From the NCBI GenBank assembly GCA_963704725.1, contig OY969934.1:1504001-1568000 (forward strand): a stretch of DNA of 64,000 nt, read 5' to 3'. The position numbers were made by a program, and so were the translations under genes. The DNA is from an uncultured Actinomycetes bacterium (GTDB taxonomy: Bacteria > Actinomycetota > UBA4738 > HRBIN12). Below the pieces are notes generated by a model. The model was not told the DNA's origin and searched no databases. It saw only the letters and a program-made list of their open reading frames with translations. Positions 47,495 to 57,633 of the stretch are shown piece after piece; the first letter of the stretch is position 1; every line of letters starts with the position of its first letter.

Positions 47495-48739
47495 TCAGTC
47501 GAGCCGGCGGAACGCCACGCACGCGTTGTGCCCGCCGAAGCCGAACGAGTTCGACATCGCCAGCCGGACGTCCAGGGGGCGGGCCTCGTTGGCGACGTAG
47601 TCCAGGTCGCAGTCCTCGTCGGGCGTCTCGTAGTGGACGGTCGGCGGCACGAGACCGCGCTCGATCGCCAGCGCGCACGCGGCGCCCTCCACGGCACCGG
47701 CGGCCCCGAGCATGTGCCCGGTCATCGACTTGGTGGAGGAGATCGGCACGCGGTGGGCGACCTCGTCGCCGAGCGCGGCCTTGATGGCGGCGGTCTCGGC
47801 GGCGTCGTTCAGCTGCGTCGAGGTGCCGTGCGCGTTCACGTAGGAGACCGCGGCGGGCTCCTCCTCTGCGTCGCGGAGCGCCCAGGCCATCGCGAGCGCG
47901 GCGCCCGAGCCCTTGGGGTCGGGAGCCGTGATGTGGAACGCGTCGTCCGAGGCGCCGTAGCCGGCGACCTCGCAGTAGATCCGCGCCCCCCGGGCAAGCG
48001 CGTGGCGCTCGGACTCCAGCACGAGGGAGCACGCGCCCTCGGAGAGCACGAACCCGTCGCGGGCCTTGTCGAACGGACGGGAGGCGGTCTCCGGGTCGGG
48101 GTTCTTGGTGAGCGCCGTCATCTGCGCGAACGCCGCGACCGTGAGGCGGAGGGTGGCGGCCTCGGAGCCGCCGGCGATGGCCAGATCCAGGTAACCGTCG
48201 CGGATGTAGCGGAGTGACTCGCCGATCGCGTGGTTCGACGACGAGCACGCAGAGACCGTGCACAGGTTGGGCCCGGTGAAGCCGTACCGCATGGCGATGT
48301 GCCCGCTCGCGGCGTTGGCCATGAGCGCCGGCACCATGAACGGCGACACGCGGCCCGGACCCTTCTCGAGCAGGACGCTGTGCTGGGTGAGGAGCGTCTG
48401 GATGCCGCCGATGCCGGTGGCGAAGACCACGCCCGCGCGTTCCGCGGGGGCCTCGGGCTTGCCGGCGTCCTCCCACGCGAGCGCGGCGGCCGCCAGGGCG
48501 TAGTGGACGAACCTATCGGTGCGGCGGATCTCCTTGCGGTCGAGCCACAGGCTCGGGTCGAACCCCGGCACCTCGCCCGCGACCTTCACCGGAAGGTCGG
48601 AGGTGTCGAACGCGGTGATGGCGCGGATCCCGTTGCGACCGGTGGTCAGCCCCGTCCAGAAGTCCTCGACCCCCACGCCGACGGGCGTGACGGGGCCGAT
48701 CCCGGTGACGACGACGCGATCGCGGTCGGGCCGAGCCAT
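47495..48739 (-). CDS. fabF: 3-oxoacyl-ACP synthase II
   Basis: VVVTGIG, SACSSS, PFDKARDGFV, NAHGTST, STKSMTGHMLGA and SNSFGFGGHN motifs. Confidence 0.95.
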   Translation of the reverse strand: MARPDRDRVVVTGIGPVTPVGVGVEDFWTGLTTGRNGIRAITAFDTSDLPVKVAGEVPGFDPSLWLDRKEIRRTDRFVHYALAAAALAWEDAGKPEAPAERAGVVFATGIGGIQTLLTQHSVLLEKGPGRVSPFMVPALMANAASGHIAMRYGFTGPNLCTVSACSSSNHAIGESLRYIRDGYLDLAIAGGSEAATLRLTVAAFAQMTALTKNPDPETASRPFDKARDGFVLSEGACSLVLESERHALARGARIYCEVAGYGASDDAFHITAPDPKGSGAALAMAWALRDAEEEPAAVSYVNAHGTSTQLNDAAETAAIKAALGDEVAHRVPISSTKSMTGHMLGAAGAVEGAACALAIERGLVPPTVHYETPDEDCDLDYVANEARPLDVRLAMSNSFGFGGHNACVAFRRLD

Positions 48740-48744
48740 GGGCC

Positions 48745-48993
48745 CTAGGACATCCCCAGCTTCTGCTCGACGAGGGCCACGGCCTGTCCCACCGTCTTCA
48801 CGCCCTCCATCTCCTCCTCGGGGATCTCGATGTTCCACTCCTCCTCGAGCGCGAGGACCGCCTCCACCAGGTCCAGCGAGTCCGCGTTCAGGTCCTCCGC
48901 GAACCGCGCGTCCGGGATGACCTGGGCCTCGTCCACCGCGAGCTGCTCGGCGAGGACCTTGCGGACCCGCGTCTGGATCTCTTCCTTGTCCAT
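48745..48993 (-). CDS. acpP: Acyl carrier protein
   Basis: Phosphopantetheine site DLNADSLDLVE; RBS AAGGAGG. Confidence 0.96.
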   Translation of the reverse strand: MDKEEIQTRVRKVLAEQLAVDEAQVIPDARFAEDLNADSLDLVEAVLALEEEWNIEIPEEEMEGVKTVGQAVALVEQKLGMS

Positions 48994-49053
48994 CGTGTTC
49001 CTCCTTGTTCCCCCCTGCGCCGGCCCATGCTATGGGCTCGGCGCGCACCGCGA

Positions 49054-49800
49054 CTAGGCCGTGAGACCGCCGTCGACCGGTAGGGCGACGCCGTTCACGT
49101 ACGAGGCCTCCTCCGACATGAGGAAGCGCACGACGCCCGCCACCTCGTCGAGCCGGCCGGTCCTGCCGAGCGGCGTCTGCTCGAGGTACACGGCGCGGGC
49201 CTCGTCCGTGAGGTGTGACGTCATGTCGGTGTCGAGCAGGCCCGGGCAGATCGCGTTCACCGTGATGCCCTTGACGCCGACCTCGCGGGCCAGGGACTTC
49301 GTCAGCCCGACGAGCGCCGACTTCGACGCCGCGTACGCGGTCTGGCCGGCGTTGCCTCGGATCGCCACGGCCGAGGACAGGTTGACGATCCGGCCCCACT
49401 TGGCCCGGAGCATCCCCCGCATCGCCGCCCGGCTGCACAGGAACGCTCCGCGGACGTTCGTGTCCATCGTGCGTGTGTACGCCTCGAGGTCGTACGTGAT
49501 CAGCAGGCCGTCCTTGGAGTACCCGGCGTTGTTCACGAGGCCCGTCACCGGGCCGAGCGTCAGCGCGACCTGCTTGAACGCCTCGGTCACCGAGTTCTCG
49601 TCGAGGGTGTCGAGATGGACGACCGAGCCCTCCCCGCCGTCGTCCGTGATGGCCTCGAGCGCCTCCTTGGCGTCGGTGTCGTTCGTCCGATAGCCGATCG
49701 CCACCGACCACCCGTCGGCCGCGAGCGCCTCGGCGCACGCCCGTCCGATGCCACGGGACGCGCCCGTGACGACGGCGACCCTGCGGGCCGGCGCGCTCAC
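49054..49800 (-). CDS. fabG: 3-oxoacyl-ACP reductase
   Basis: VTGASRGIG, NNAG, GNAGQTAYAASK and VDGG motifs. Confidence 0.93.
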   Translation of the reverse strand: MSAPARRVAVVTGASRGIGRACAEALAADGWSVAIGYRTNDTDAKEALEAITDDGGEGSVVHLDTLDENSVTEAFKQVALTLGPVTGLVNNAGYSKDGLLITYDLEAYTRTMDTNVRGAFLCSRAAMRGMLRAKWGRIVNLSSAVAIRGNAGQTAYAASKSALVGLTKSLAREVGVKGITVNAICPGLLDTDMTSHLTDEARAVYLEQTPLGRTGRLDEVAGVVRFLMSEEASYVNGVALPVDGGLTA

Positions 49801-50801
49801 GAGGCCGGCGGCCCGGTCCAGCGGATCAGGTTGGCGCCCCAGGCGAGCCCGGCCCCGAAGGACGTCAGGAGCACGAGGTCGCCCTCGTGGATGCGGCCGG
49901 CCCGCCACGCCCGGTCGAGCGCGATGGGGACCGATGCGGCCGACGTGTTGCCCACCGTCTCGACGTCCACGATCGCGCGCTCGAGCGGGATGCCGAGGCG
50001 CTCGGCCACGGCGATCATGATCCGGGCGTTGGCCTGGTGGGGGATCAGCAGGTCGACGTCGTCGGGTCCGAAGCCGGACTTGTCCAGGAGCTGGCGGCAG
50101 GCGTTCGCCATCTCGACCACCGCGCGCTTGAAGACCTCGCGGCCGTTGGGCATGCGGATCGAATGGTCGCGGGCCTCGACGGTCTCGCGGGTGGGCGGCC
50201 GGGCGGAGCCGCCCGCGGGGATGTACAGGATCTCGGCGGCCCGGCCGTCGGCGCCGAGGACGGAGCCGAGGATCCCGCCGGCCTCGGAGGGGCGCAGGAC
50301 GACGGCCCCGGCGCCGTCGCCGAACAGCACGCACGTGGTCCGGTCCGAGAAGTCCATGAAGCGCGACAGGACCTCGGCGCCGATCACGAGGATCGTCTCG
50401 GCCTGGCCGGATTCGATGAAGGCCGAGCCGGCCGAGAGCCCGTACGCGAACCCGGCGCACGCGGCGTTGAGGTCGAACGCAGGGGCCGTCACGCCGAGCT
50501 TGCGCTGGACCCAGACGGACGCGGCGGGGATCGGCGTGTCCGGCGTGAGCGTCGCGCACATGATCAGGTCGAGCTGCTCCGGGGCCACCCCGGCGGTCTC
50601 GAGCGCGATCCGGGCGGCGCCGACCGCCAGATCCGAGGTGGCCTCGCCGTCGGCAGCGAAGTGCCGCTCGCCGATGCCCGTGCGGTCGCGGATCCACTCA
50701 TCGCTGGTGTCGACGAGCTTCTCGAACTCCTGGTTCGTCACGACCCGGTCCGGGAGCACCGAACCCACCCCGGCCACGGTCGCGCGGCGCTGCGTGCTCA
50801 T
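49797..50801 (-). CDS. fabH: 3-oxoacyl-ACP synthase III
   Basis: DTSDEWIRDRTGI, AACAGF, FGDGAGA, PHQAN and GNTSAAS motifs. Confidence 0.96.
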   Translation of the reverse strand: MSTQRRATVAGVGSVLPDRVVTNQEFEKLVDTSDEWIRDRTGIGERHFAADGEATSDLAVGAARIALETAGVAPEQLDLIMCATLTPDTPIPAASVWVQRKLGVTAPAFDLNAACAGFAYGLSAGSAFIESGQAETILVIGAEVLSRFMDFSDRTTCVLFGDGAGAVVLRPSEAGGILGSVLGADGRAAEILYIPAGGSARPPTRETVEARDHSIRMPNGREVFKRAVVEMANACRQLLDKSGFGPDDVDLLIPHQANARIMIAVAERLGIPLERAIVDVETVGNTSAASVPIALDRAWRAGRIHEGDLVLLTSFGAGLAWGANLIRWTGPPAS

Positions 50802-50921
50802 GGACCCCCTCCCCGAGGCGGACCGTCGCCCGCCCTCGTAGGGGTCCGAGGATATCGTCCGGCGGCCCCAGACGCGGCCGTTCGGCTCCCGAAGCCCCCG
50901 AGGGCGTTCGGCGGCCGGTGC

Positions 50922-51839
50922 TCAGCCCAGCTCGGCGGCGAGGCGCCGGGCCTCCTCCGGCGAGCCCACGGCCACCGCCCGCGCGCCCGGGACGACGCGC
51001 TTGGCCAGCTTCGTCAGCACGTCGCCCGGGCCGGCCTCGACGAACACGTCGGCCCCACCGCCCCGGAGCGAGGCCGCGCACCGCTCCCACCGCACCGGCG
51101 AGACCACGTGTCGCTTCAGCAGGTCGCGGAGCTCCGACGGGTCGGTCACGAGCTCGCCGGTGACGTTGGCCGCGATCGGGAACCGGGGCGGCGAGAACGC
51201 GGCGGCGTCGATCGCGGAGGCGAGGGGAGCCACCGCGGGCTCCATGAGGGGCGAGTGGAACGCCCCGGCCACACTGAGGCGGACCGCCCGGATCCGCCGG
51301 GCAGACGCCAGCGCCTCCGCGCGCTCGACGGCCGGCACGCTGCCGCTGATCACCACCTGCTGCGGCGAGTTCTCGTTCGCGACGATCAGAACGTCCCCGT
51401 CGCGAACCTCGTCGCAGAGCTCGGCGGCTCGGCTCGCGTCCACGCCGAGCAGCGCCGTCATCGTCCCGGGTCGTTCCTGCCCGGCTCGCTGCATGGCGCC
51501 TCCCCGAACCACGACGATCCGCAGGGCCTCGGCGAGGTCGAGGACCCCGGCGGCCACCAGGGCCGAGAACTCGCCGAGGGAGTGGCCCGCGGCGCCCCCG
51601 AACGACGCCCCTTCGGCCTCCAGGACGCGGAACGCGGCGACCTCGAGGGCCAGCAGCGCCGGCTGGACGACGTCGGTCGTGGCCAGGGCGGCCTCGTCCC
51701 GGCAGGCGGTCACGACGTCCCGCCCCATCGCGGTCGAGGCCTCCTCGAGCGCGTCCTTGGATGCAGCGTGAGACATCCACGGGTCGGCCATCCCGGCGAA
51801 CTGTGAACCTTGACCTGGGAACACCACGGCGGCACTCAT
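50922..51839 (-). CDS. fabD: Malonyl-CoA:ACP transacylase
   Basis: FPGQGSQ, GHSLGE and VAGAFHS motifs. Start at MSAAVV (51839). Confidence 0.95.
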   Translation of the reverse strand: MSAAVVFPGQGSQFAGMADPWMSHAASKDALEEASTAMGRDVVTACRDEAALATTDVVQPALLALEVAAFRVLEAEGASFGGAAGHSLGEFSALVAAGVLDLAEALRIVVVRGGAMQRAGQERPGTMTALLGVDASRAAELCDEVRDGDVLIVANENSPQQVVISGSVPAVERAEALASARRIRAVRLSVAGAFHSPLMEPAVAPLASAIDAAAFSPPRFPIAANVTGELVTDPSELRDLLKRHVVSPVRWERCAASLRGGGADVFVEAGPGDVLTKLAKRVVPGARAVAVGSPEEARRLAAELG

Positions 51840-52006
51840 GCTGAGCCTCGTCTCGAGCGACGGTCGACCATCGACGCCGAACCCTACTTCGCCGGTCGAG
51901 GAGAAGGGAAACCGCAGGTCAGGCCATACGTAAACCCTCACCTTGCCTCAACCGACCGTCGAGGGTTGCCACTACCTTGAGGGTCATGTACAACACAGCC
52001 GAACCC

Positions 52007-53095
52007 ATGGCCGACATGGTTCAACGCAAGCTTCCCGCATCCCCGGGTCGCCGAAGCACGGGCGGCGACGGGGTCCTCGGGTTCCTGGGGCAGGATATGG
52101 CCGTTGACCTGGGGACCGCGAACACGCTCGTCTACGTTCGGCGCAACGGGATCGTGCTGAACGAGCCCTCGGTGGTCGCGATCAACACCAACACCGGCGC
52201 GATCCTGGCCGTCGGCAACGAGGCCAAGCGGATGATCGGCCGCACCCCCTCACACATCCAGGCCGTGCGCCCGCTGAAGGACGGCGTCATCGCCGACTTC
52301 GACGTCACCGAGAAGATGCTCCGGTACTTCATCCAGCGCGTGCACAAGCGCCGCCTGCTGGCCAAGCCGCGCGTCGTCGTCTGCGTGCCGAGCGGCATCA
52401 CGGGTGTCGAGCAGCGCGCGGTCGAGGAGGCCACGATCGCCGCCGGCGCCCGGCGCGCCTACATCATCGAGGAGCCCATGGCGGCGGCGATCGGAGCCGG
52501 ACTCCCGATCCACGAGCCGACGGGCAACATGATCGTGGACATCGGTGGTGGGACGACCGAGGTCGCCGTCATCTCGCTCGGCGGCATCGTCACGTCGTCG
52601 TCGCTGCGGATCGGCGGCGACGAGCTGGACGAGGCGATCATCGCGCACGTGAAGAAGGAGTACTCGCTCCTGCTCGGCGAGCGGACCTCGGAGGCCATCA
52701 AGCTCGCGATCGCGTCCGTCTACCCGATGCAGGAGGAGCTGATCGCGGAGATCCCCGGACGGGACCTCGTCTCCGGCCTGCCGAAGACGATCCAGATCAC
52801 CGACGGCGAGATCCGCACGGCGATCGAGGAGCCGGTCACGGCGATCATCGACTCGATCAAGGCGACGCTCGACCGCACCCCACCGGAGCTCGCCGGCGAC
52901 ATCATGCACAAGGGCATCGTCCTCACGGGAGGCGGCGCGCTGCTGCGGGGCCTCGACAAGCGCCTGCGGCACGAGACGGGCATGCCGATCCACATCGCGG
53001 AGAGCCCGCTCTCCTCGGTGGCGATCGGGTCCGGCAAGTGCCTGGAGGAGTTCGAGGTGCTGCAGCGGGTCCTGGTGAGCCCGTCGCGGAGGTGA
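52007..53095 (+). CDS. mreB: Rod shape-determining protein MreB
   Basis: DLGTANT, RPLKDGVIAD, DIGGGTTEVA and LTGGGA motifs. Start uncertain (52007, 52016 or 52097). Confidence 0.96.
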   Translation: MADMVQRKLPASPGRRSTGGDGVLGFLGQDMAVDLGTANTLVYVRRNGIVLNEPSVVAINTNTGAILAVGNEAKRMIGRTPSHIQAVRPLKDGVIADFDVTEKMLRYFIQRVHKRRLLAKPRVVVCVPSGITGVEQRAVEEATIAAGARRAYIIEEPMAAAIGAGLPIHEPTGNMIVDIGGGTTEVAVISLGGIVTSSSLRIGGDELDEAIIAHVKKEYSLLLGERTSEAIKLAIASVYPMQEELIAEIPGRDLVSGLPKTIQITDGEIRTAIEEPVTAIIDSIKATLDRTPPELAGDIMHKGIVLTGGGALLRGLDKRLRHETGMPIHIAESPLSSVAIGSGKCLEEFEVLQRVLVSPSRR

Positions 53096-53102
53096 CGCGG
53101 CG

Positions 53103-53960
53103 GTGGCGCTGCGGAACCGCGCACGGAGCACCCGGCTCCTGGTCGTGACCCTGGTCTCGGCCTCCCTCATCACCATCACCGTCGACTACCGCGAGGGCGA
53201 CTCGGGACCGCTCGCGGCGGCGGGCGACGCCGCGCTCGCCATCGTCAGTCCCCTGCAGGAGGCCGTCTCCCGGGTCACGGACCCCATCGGCAACTTCTTC
53301 TCCACGCTCGTCCACCTTCCCTCGATCCGCCGCGAGAACGAGGAGCTGAAGCGACGGGTCGCCGAGTTCGAGGAGCGCGCCGCGACCCAGAGCGCGGACG
53401 CGGCTGCCCTGCAGGACGCCCAGGCGCTCCTCGGCCTGCAGGAGAACCTCGGTCCCCGGGTCGACACCCAAGCCGCTCAGGTGATCGCGAACGGGATCTC
53501 GAACTTCGAGTGGACGATCGAGATCGACAAGGGCTCCTCGGACGGCATCGGCGTCGACATGCCCGTCATCGCCGCCGCCGGGCTGGTCGGCCACGTCATC
53601 CGGGTCTCCGCAGGCACGTCCGTCGTCCAGCTCCTGATCGACCCGGACTCGCACGTCGCGGGGCGGCTGGTCACGGCGGACGAGTCCGGGCTGCTCGACG
53701 GCCGGGGCGAGGGCGACCTGACGATGTCCCTCGTCAGCCCGGAGGCCGTCGTCGAGCCCGACGACACGGTCGTGACGGCCGGGTACCGCCTCAACGACGG
53801 CAGCCTGCAGAGCCTGTACCCGCCGAACGTCCTCATCGGCACCGTCTCGCACGTGCTGTCCGAGGACAACGCGCTCGAGAAGGCCATCTCGGTGCGCCCC
53901 GCGGTCGACTTCTCCACCCTGGACCTCGTCCTGGTGGTGGTGTCGAGTGGGTCGGGCTAG
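53103..53960 (+). CDS. mreC: Rod shape-determining protein MreC
   Basis: N-terminal TM, coiled coil ENEELK, IDKGSSDGI, GLVGHV and PAVDFS; operon position. Confidence 0.93.
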   Translation: MALRNRARSTRLLVVTLVSASLITITVDYREGDSGPLAAAGDAALAIVSPLQEAVSRVTDPIGNFFSTLVHLPSIRRENEELKRRVAEFEERAATQSADAAALQDAQALLGLQENLGPRVDTQAAQVIANGISNFEWTIEIDKGSSDGIGVDMPVIAAAGLVGHVIRVSAGTSVVQLLIDPDSHVAGRLVTADESGLLDGRGEGDLTMSLVSPEAVVEPDDTVVTAGYRLNDGSLQSLYPPNVLIGTVSHVLSEDNALEKAISVRPAVDFSTLDLVLVVVSSGSG

Positions 53961-53971
53961 CCTGAGCCGGC

Positions 53972-54478
53972 GTGCGCCGAACGATCCTGCTCATCGTCGT
54001 CGTGCTCACGGCCCTGCTCCTGCAGACGACCGTGTTCGCCGACGTCCGCCTGTGGGGCGCGAAGCCCGAGCTGATGTATCTGCTCACGATCGTGTTCGGG
54101 CTGCTGGAGGGCCCGGCCTCCGGCGCGGCGACGGGGTTCGCCGGCGGCATGGCGCAGGACTTCCTGCTGAACACGCCGAAGGGCATCACGGCGCTCACGC
54201 TGACCCTCCTCGGCTACGCGATCGGAACGGCCCGCCAGTACATCGTGAGCCCGTCGCCCGTGCTGCCGGTGGTGCTGGTGGCGACGGGGACGTTCGGCGG
54301 CGTCGTGTTCTACGGCGTCGTGTCCTTCCTGCTCGGGCAGCTCGACACGACGTGGGCGTACCTGATCCGCGTCGCGGCGCTCTCGGCCGCGTACAACGCG
54401 ATCCTCACGCCGCTCGTGTATCCCATCCTGCGACGGGCCGCCGAGGGCTCTCGCTCGCACCGGGTGTTCCGATGGTGA
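53972..54478 (+). CDS. mreD: Rod shape-determining protein MreD
   Basis: Hydrophobic 168-aa protein with GFAGGMAQD, between mreC and mrdA. Confidence 0.9.
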   Translation: MRRTILLIVVVLTALLLQTTVFADVRLWGAKPELMYLLTIVFGLLEGPASGAATGFAGGMAQDFLLNTPKGITALTLTLLGYAIGTARQYIVSPSPVLPVVLVATGTFGGVVFYGVVSFLLGQLDTTWAYLIRVAALSAAYNAILTPLVYPILRRAAEGSRSHRVFRW

Positions 54479-54485
54479 GGCGGCG

Positions 54486-56483
54486 GTGACGGAGGGAAGA
54501 ACCGGCCTTCGGCTGAAGGTGCTCGCGAGCCTCGTCGTGGCGATGTTCCTCGCGCTGTCCACGCGGCTGTGGTTCCTCCAAGTCCTCGCGGCGGAGCAGA
54601 ACCTGCGGGAGGTGAACAACCAGGCGGTCCGGCTGGTCGACACGCCGGCCCTCCGCGGGCGCATCCTGGACGCGTCGGGGACGCCGCTCGTGACCAGCCG
54701 GCTGAGCCTCGTGCTCACGATCAACCGGGACGCCGTCGGGGACCGGGAGGAGGACGTCCTGTATCGGCTGTCCCAGCTCCTCGACGTCTCTGCCTCCGAG
54801 CTCGGTGCGAGGCTCGACCGGGGGAGCACGCTGTACTACTCCTTCTCTCCCATCCCCGTGGCCATCGACGTGCCGGAGAAGGTCGTCGACTACGTCGCCG
54901 AGCACTCGAGCGAGTTCCCCGGCGTCGAGGTGCAGGAGCTCCCCGTTCGGGACTACCCGCTGGGCAATGCCGCGGCCCACGTGCTCGGTTACCTCGGGCA
55001 GATCTCCCCGGAAAAGCTCGCGTCCCCCGCCTTCGCCGGCTACTCGGCGGGGGACCTCGTCGGCGTCTCGGGCGTGGAGTCGGTCTATGAGCACGACCTG
55101 GCCGGAACGCCCGGACTCGTCAAGTACCAGGTCAACGCGACGGGGGACACGCTGCAGACACTCGGGACGCAGCCGTCGATCCCGGGGAACGACGTGTTCT
55201 TGACGCTGGACGCCGACACGCAGGTGCTCGCGGAGGAGAGTCTGCGGATCGGGATGCAGCACGCGAGGACGATCCTCGACGACTCGTCCGGGTCGCTGCG
55301 GTACCTCGCCGCCAACGCGGGCGCCGTCGTCGTCATGAACCCGGAGGACGGCGCGATCGAGGCGATGGCCTCGTCGCCGACGTTCCAGCCCTCGCTGTTC
55401 ACTCGCAGCATGTCGACCGAGGAGTACGAGCGACGCTTCGGGCCGCACAGCGGGTCCCCGCTGCTGAACCGTGCCATCACCGGCCAGTACCCGCCGGGGT
55501 CGACCTACAAGCCGTGGATCGCGCTCTCCGCCCTGCAGCGGGGCCGGGCCACCACGGACCAGTCGTTCGGCTGCCCGAGCACGTGGATCGCGCCGTTCAA
55601 CGAGGACGACCCGAACGCCCAGCAGTTCTCGTTCCACAACTGGACCACCGCGAACCTCGGCTTCATGAACCTGGCGCGGGCGCTGGCCGTCTCGTGCGAC
55701 ACGATCTTCTATCCCCTCGGCTACTCGTACTGGGACGACTACTTCGTGAACGCCGACGAGCAGGCCCACGGCGTCGTGACCAGAGAGCCGCTGCAGCGCG
55801 ACCTCGGCGCGCTCGGGTTCGGACGCCTGAGCCACGTCGACCTCCCCGGCGAAGCCACGGGGCGGGTGCCGACCGCGGAGTGGAAGGACGAGTTCCACCG
55901 CAACAACCCGCGGGCCTTCCCCGAGGGCGAGTGGTTCCCGGGCGATCTGATCAACATGTCGATCGGGCAGGGGGACACGCTCGTGACCCCGCTGCAGCTC
56001 GCGACCGCGTACTCGGGCCTCATGGAGGACGGGCGCGAGTGCACGCCGCACGTCCTCGATCACGTCGCGGAGAGGGACACGGAGGCAACCATCCGGTCCT
56101 ACCGGTCGCGTTGCCATCAGGTGGGCGCGATCGATCCCTCGTACTTCACGTACGTGAAGGACGCGCTCACCGGGACCATTCGGAACGCGGGCGGGACCGC
56201 GACGAGCGCCTTCAGCGGCTTCCCCTTCTCGCAGGTCTGGGTGGCGGGCAAGACGGGAACCGCCCAGGTCCTGGGGACCCCGCCCAAGCAGGACTACTCG
56301 TGGTTCGCCGCCATGACCGAGGCGGGGGGAGAGCAGCACGTCATCGTGGTGCTCGTCGAGCAGGGGGGCCACGGGTCGACGACGGCGGCGCCGATCGCTC
56401 GCCGCATCATCGAGGGTCTGTACGGGATCGACTTCTCCGGGGTCGGTTTGGGCGGCGCGACCAGCCTGGAGGGCACGGACTAA
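54486..56483 (+). CDS. mrdA: Penicillin-binding protein 2
   Basis: RGRILD, PPGSTYK (SxxK), SCD (SxN variant), IGQG and AGKTGTAQ motifs. Confidence 0.94.
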   Translation: MTEGRTGLRLKVLASLVVAMFLALSTRLWFLQVLAAEQNLREVNNQAVRLVDTPALRGRILDASGTPLVTSRLSLVLTINRDAVGDREEDVLYRLSQLLDVSASELGARLDRGSTLYYSFSPIPVAIDVPEKVVDYVAEHSSEFPGVEVQELPVRDYPLGNAAAHVLGYLGQISPEKLASPAFAGYSAGDLVGVSGVESVYEHDLAGTPGLVKYQVNATGDTLQTLGTQPSIPGNDVFLTLDADTQVLAEESLRIGMQHARTILDDSSGSLRYLAANAGAVVVMNPEDGAIEAMASSPTFQPSLFTRSMSTEEYERRFGPHSGSPLLNRAITGQYPPGSTYKPWIALSALQRGRATTDQSFGCPSTWIAPFNEDDPNAQQFSFHNWTTANLGFMNLARALAVSCDTIFYPLGYSYWDDYFVNADEQAHGVVTREPLQRDLGALGFGRLSHVDLPGEATGRVPTAEWKDEFHRNNPRAFPEGEWFPGDLINMSIGQGDTLVTPLQLATAYSGLMEDGRECTPHVLDHVAERDTEATIRSYRSRCHQVGAIDPSYFTYVKDALTGTIRNAGGTATSAFSGFPFSQVWVAGKTGTAQVLGTPPKQDYSWFAAMTEAGGEQHVIVVLVEQGGHGSTTAAPIARRIIEGLYGIDFSGVGLGGATSLEGTD

Positions 56484-57619
56484 TGGACCTCGTCGCCGGC
56501 AAGGCCTATCCGCTCGAGCGCCGTCCGAGCCGCCACGTCGACCCCGTCCTGATCCTGGCCGTGCTGGCGCTCGCGATCATCGGCCTGTTCGCGATCTACT
56601 CGTCGACCCACGTGTCGCTCGAGGCCGTCCGGCTGGACCCCGGGCGGTTCGTCAAGCGGCAGGTGACGTTCCTCGCCCTCGGCGCCGTGGTCGTCATGGC
56701 GGCGGCGAGCTTCGACTACCGGTTCCTGAAGGTGTACGCCGGCCTGATCTACGCGTCGTCGATCCTCCTGTTGCTGCTCGTCCGCACGCCGCTCGGCACG
56801 ACGGTGAAGGGATCGCAGCGGTGGTTCGAGCTCTTCGGGTTCCAGCTCGCGCCGTCCGAGATCGCCAAGCTCGCGCTGATCGGCATGCTGGCCGCGCTGC
56901 TGTCGGAGATCCGGGGCGACCTGACCCTGCAGGACGTGTTCCGGGCGACGTGGCTCGCGGCGTTGCCGGCGGTGCTCGTGTTCTTGCAGCCGGACCTCGG
57001 CACGTCGATCGTGTTCGCGGCGATCCTGGTGGGGATCCTCGTGGTGGCCGGCGCGCGGCCCCGGCACCTCGCGGTGCTCGGCATCACGGCCGCCGTGCTG
57101 ATCTTCGCCGGGTTCCAGGTGGGGCTGGTGAAGGAGTACCAGCTCGAGCGGATCCGGGCGTTCCTCGACCCGGCCACCGTGAGCCCCGACGTCCGGCACA
57201 ACCGCGACCAGGCCGAGATGGCCATCGGGTCGGGCGGTCTCCTCGGCCGGGGGTACCTGAACGGCACGCAGACGAACCTCGACTTCGTCCCCGAGCAGCA
57301 CACGGACTTCATCTTCACGGTCGTCGGCGAGGAGTTCGGCTTCGTCGGCGCGATGACGCTGCTCGGCCTGTACGCGATCGTGGTGTGGCGGGCCTTCCGC
57401 ATCGCCACGATCGCCAAGGACGCGTTCGGCACGTACCTGGCGGCGGGGATCGCGTCGATGCTCGCGCTGCAGATGTTCGTGAACGTGGGGATGACGATCG
57501 GCATCATGCCGATCACCGGGATCCCCTTACCGTTCGTCTCCTACGGCGGCAGCTCGCTGCTGATCAGCTGTGCCGCGATCGGGATCCTGCTCAACGTGCA
57601 CATGCGCCGCCTGACCTGA
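56483..57619 (+). CDS. rodA: SEDS peptidoglycan polymerase RodA
   Basis: GSQRW, PSEIAK, QPDLGT, PEQHTDFIF and TGIPLPFVSYGGSS motifs. Confidence 0.95.
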   Translation: MDLVAGKAYPLERRPSRHVDPVLILAVLALAIIGLFAIYSSTHVSLEAVRLDPGRFVKRQVTFLALGAVVVMAAASFDYRFLKVYAGLIYASSILLLLLVRTPLGTTVKGSQRWFELFGFQLAPSEIAKLALIGMLAALLSEIRGDLTLQDVFRATWLAALPAVLVFLQPDLGTSIVFAAILVGILVVAGARPRHLAVLGITAAVLIFAGFQVGLVKEYQLERIRAFLDPATVSPDVRHNRDQAEMAIGSGGLLGRGYLNGTQTNLDFVPEQHTDFIFTVVGEEFGFVGAMTLLGLYAIVVWRAFRIATIAKDAFGTYLAAGIASMLALQMFVNVGMTIGIMPITGIPLPFVSYGGSSLLISCAAIGILLNVHMRRLT

Positions 57620-57633
57620 GCGGCGGCGGACGC

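Noticed and set aside
47495-50697. Apparent 747-aa FabF and 547-aa FabG with long N-terminal extensions
   Set aside because: The extensions are alternative frames of the upstream acpP, fabG and fabH genes. The real starts are at 48739 and 49800.
45877-51839. Serine hydrolase plus KS/ACP genes as a type II polyketide cluster
   Set aside because: No chain-length factor, cyclase or tailoring genes are present. The set matches primary fatty acid synthesis (fabD/H/G/F, acpP).
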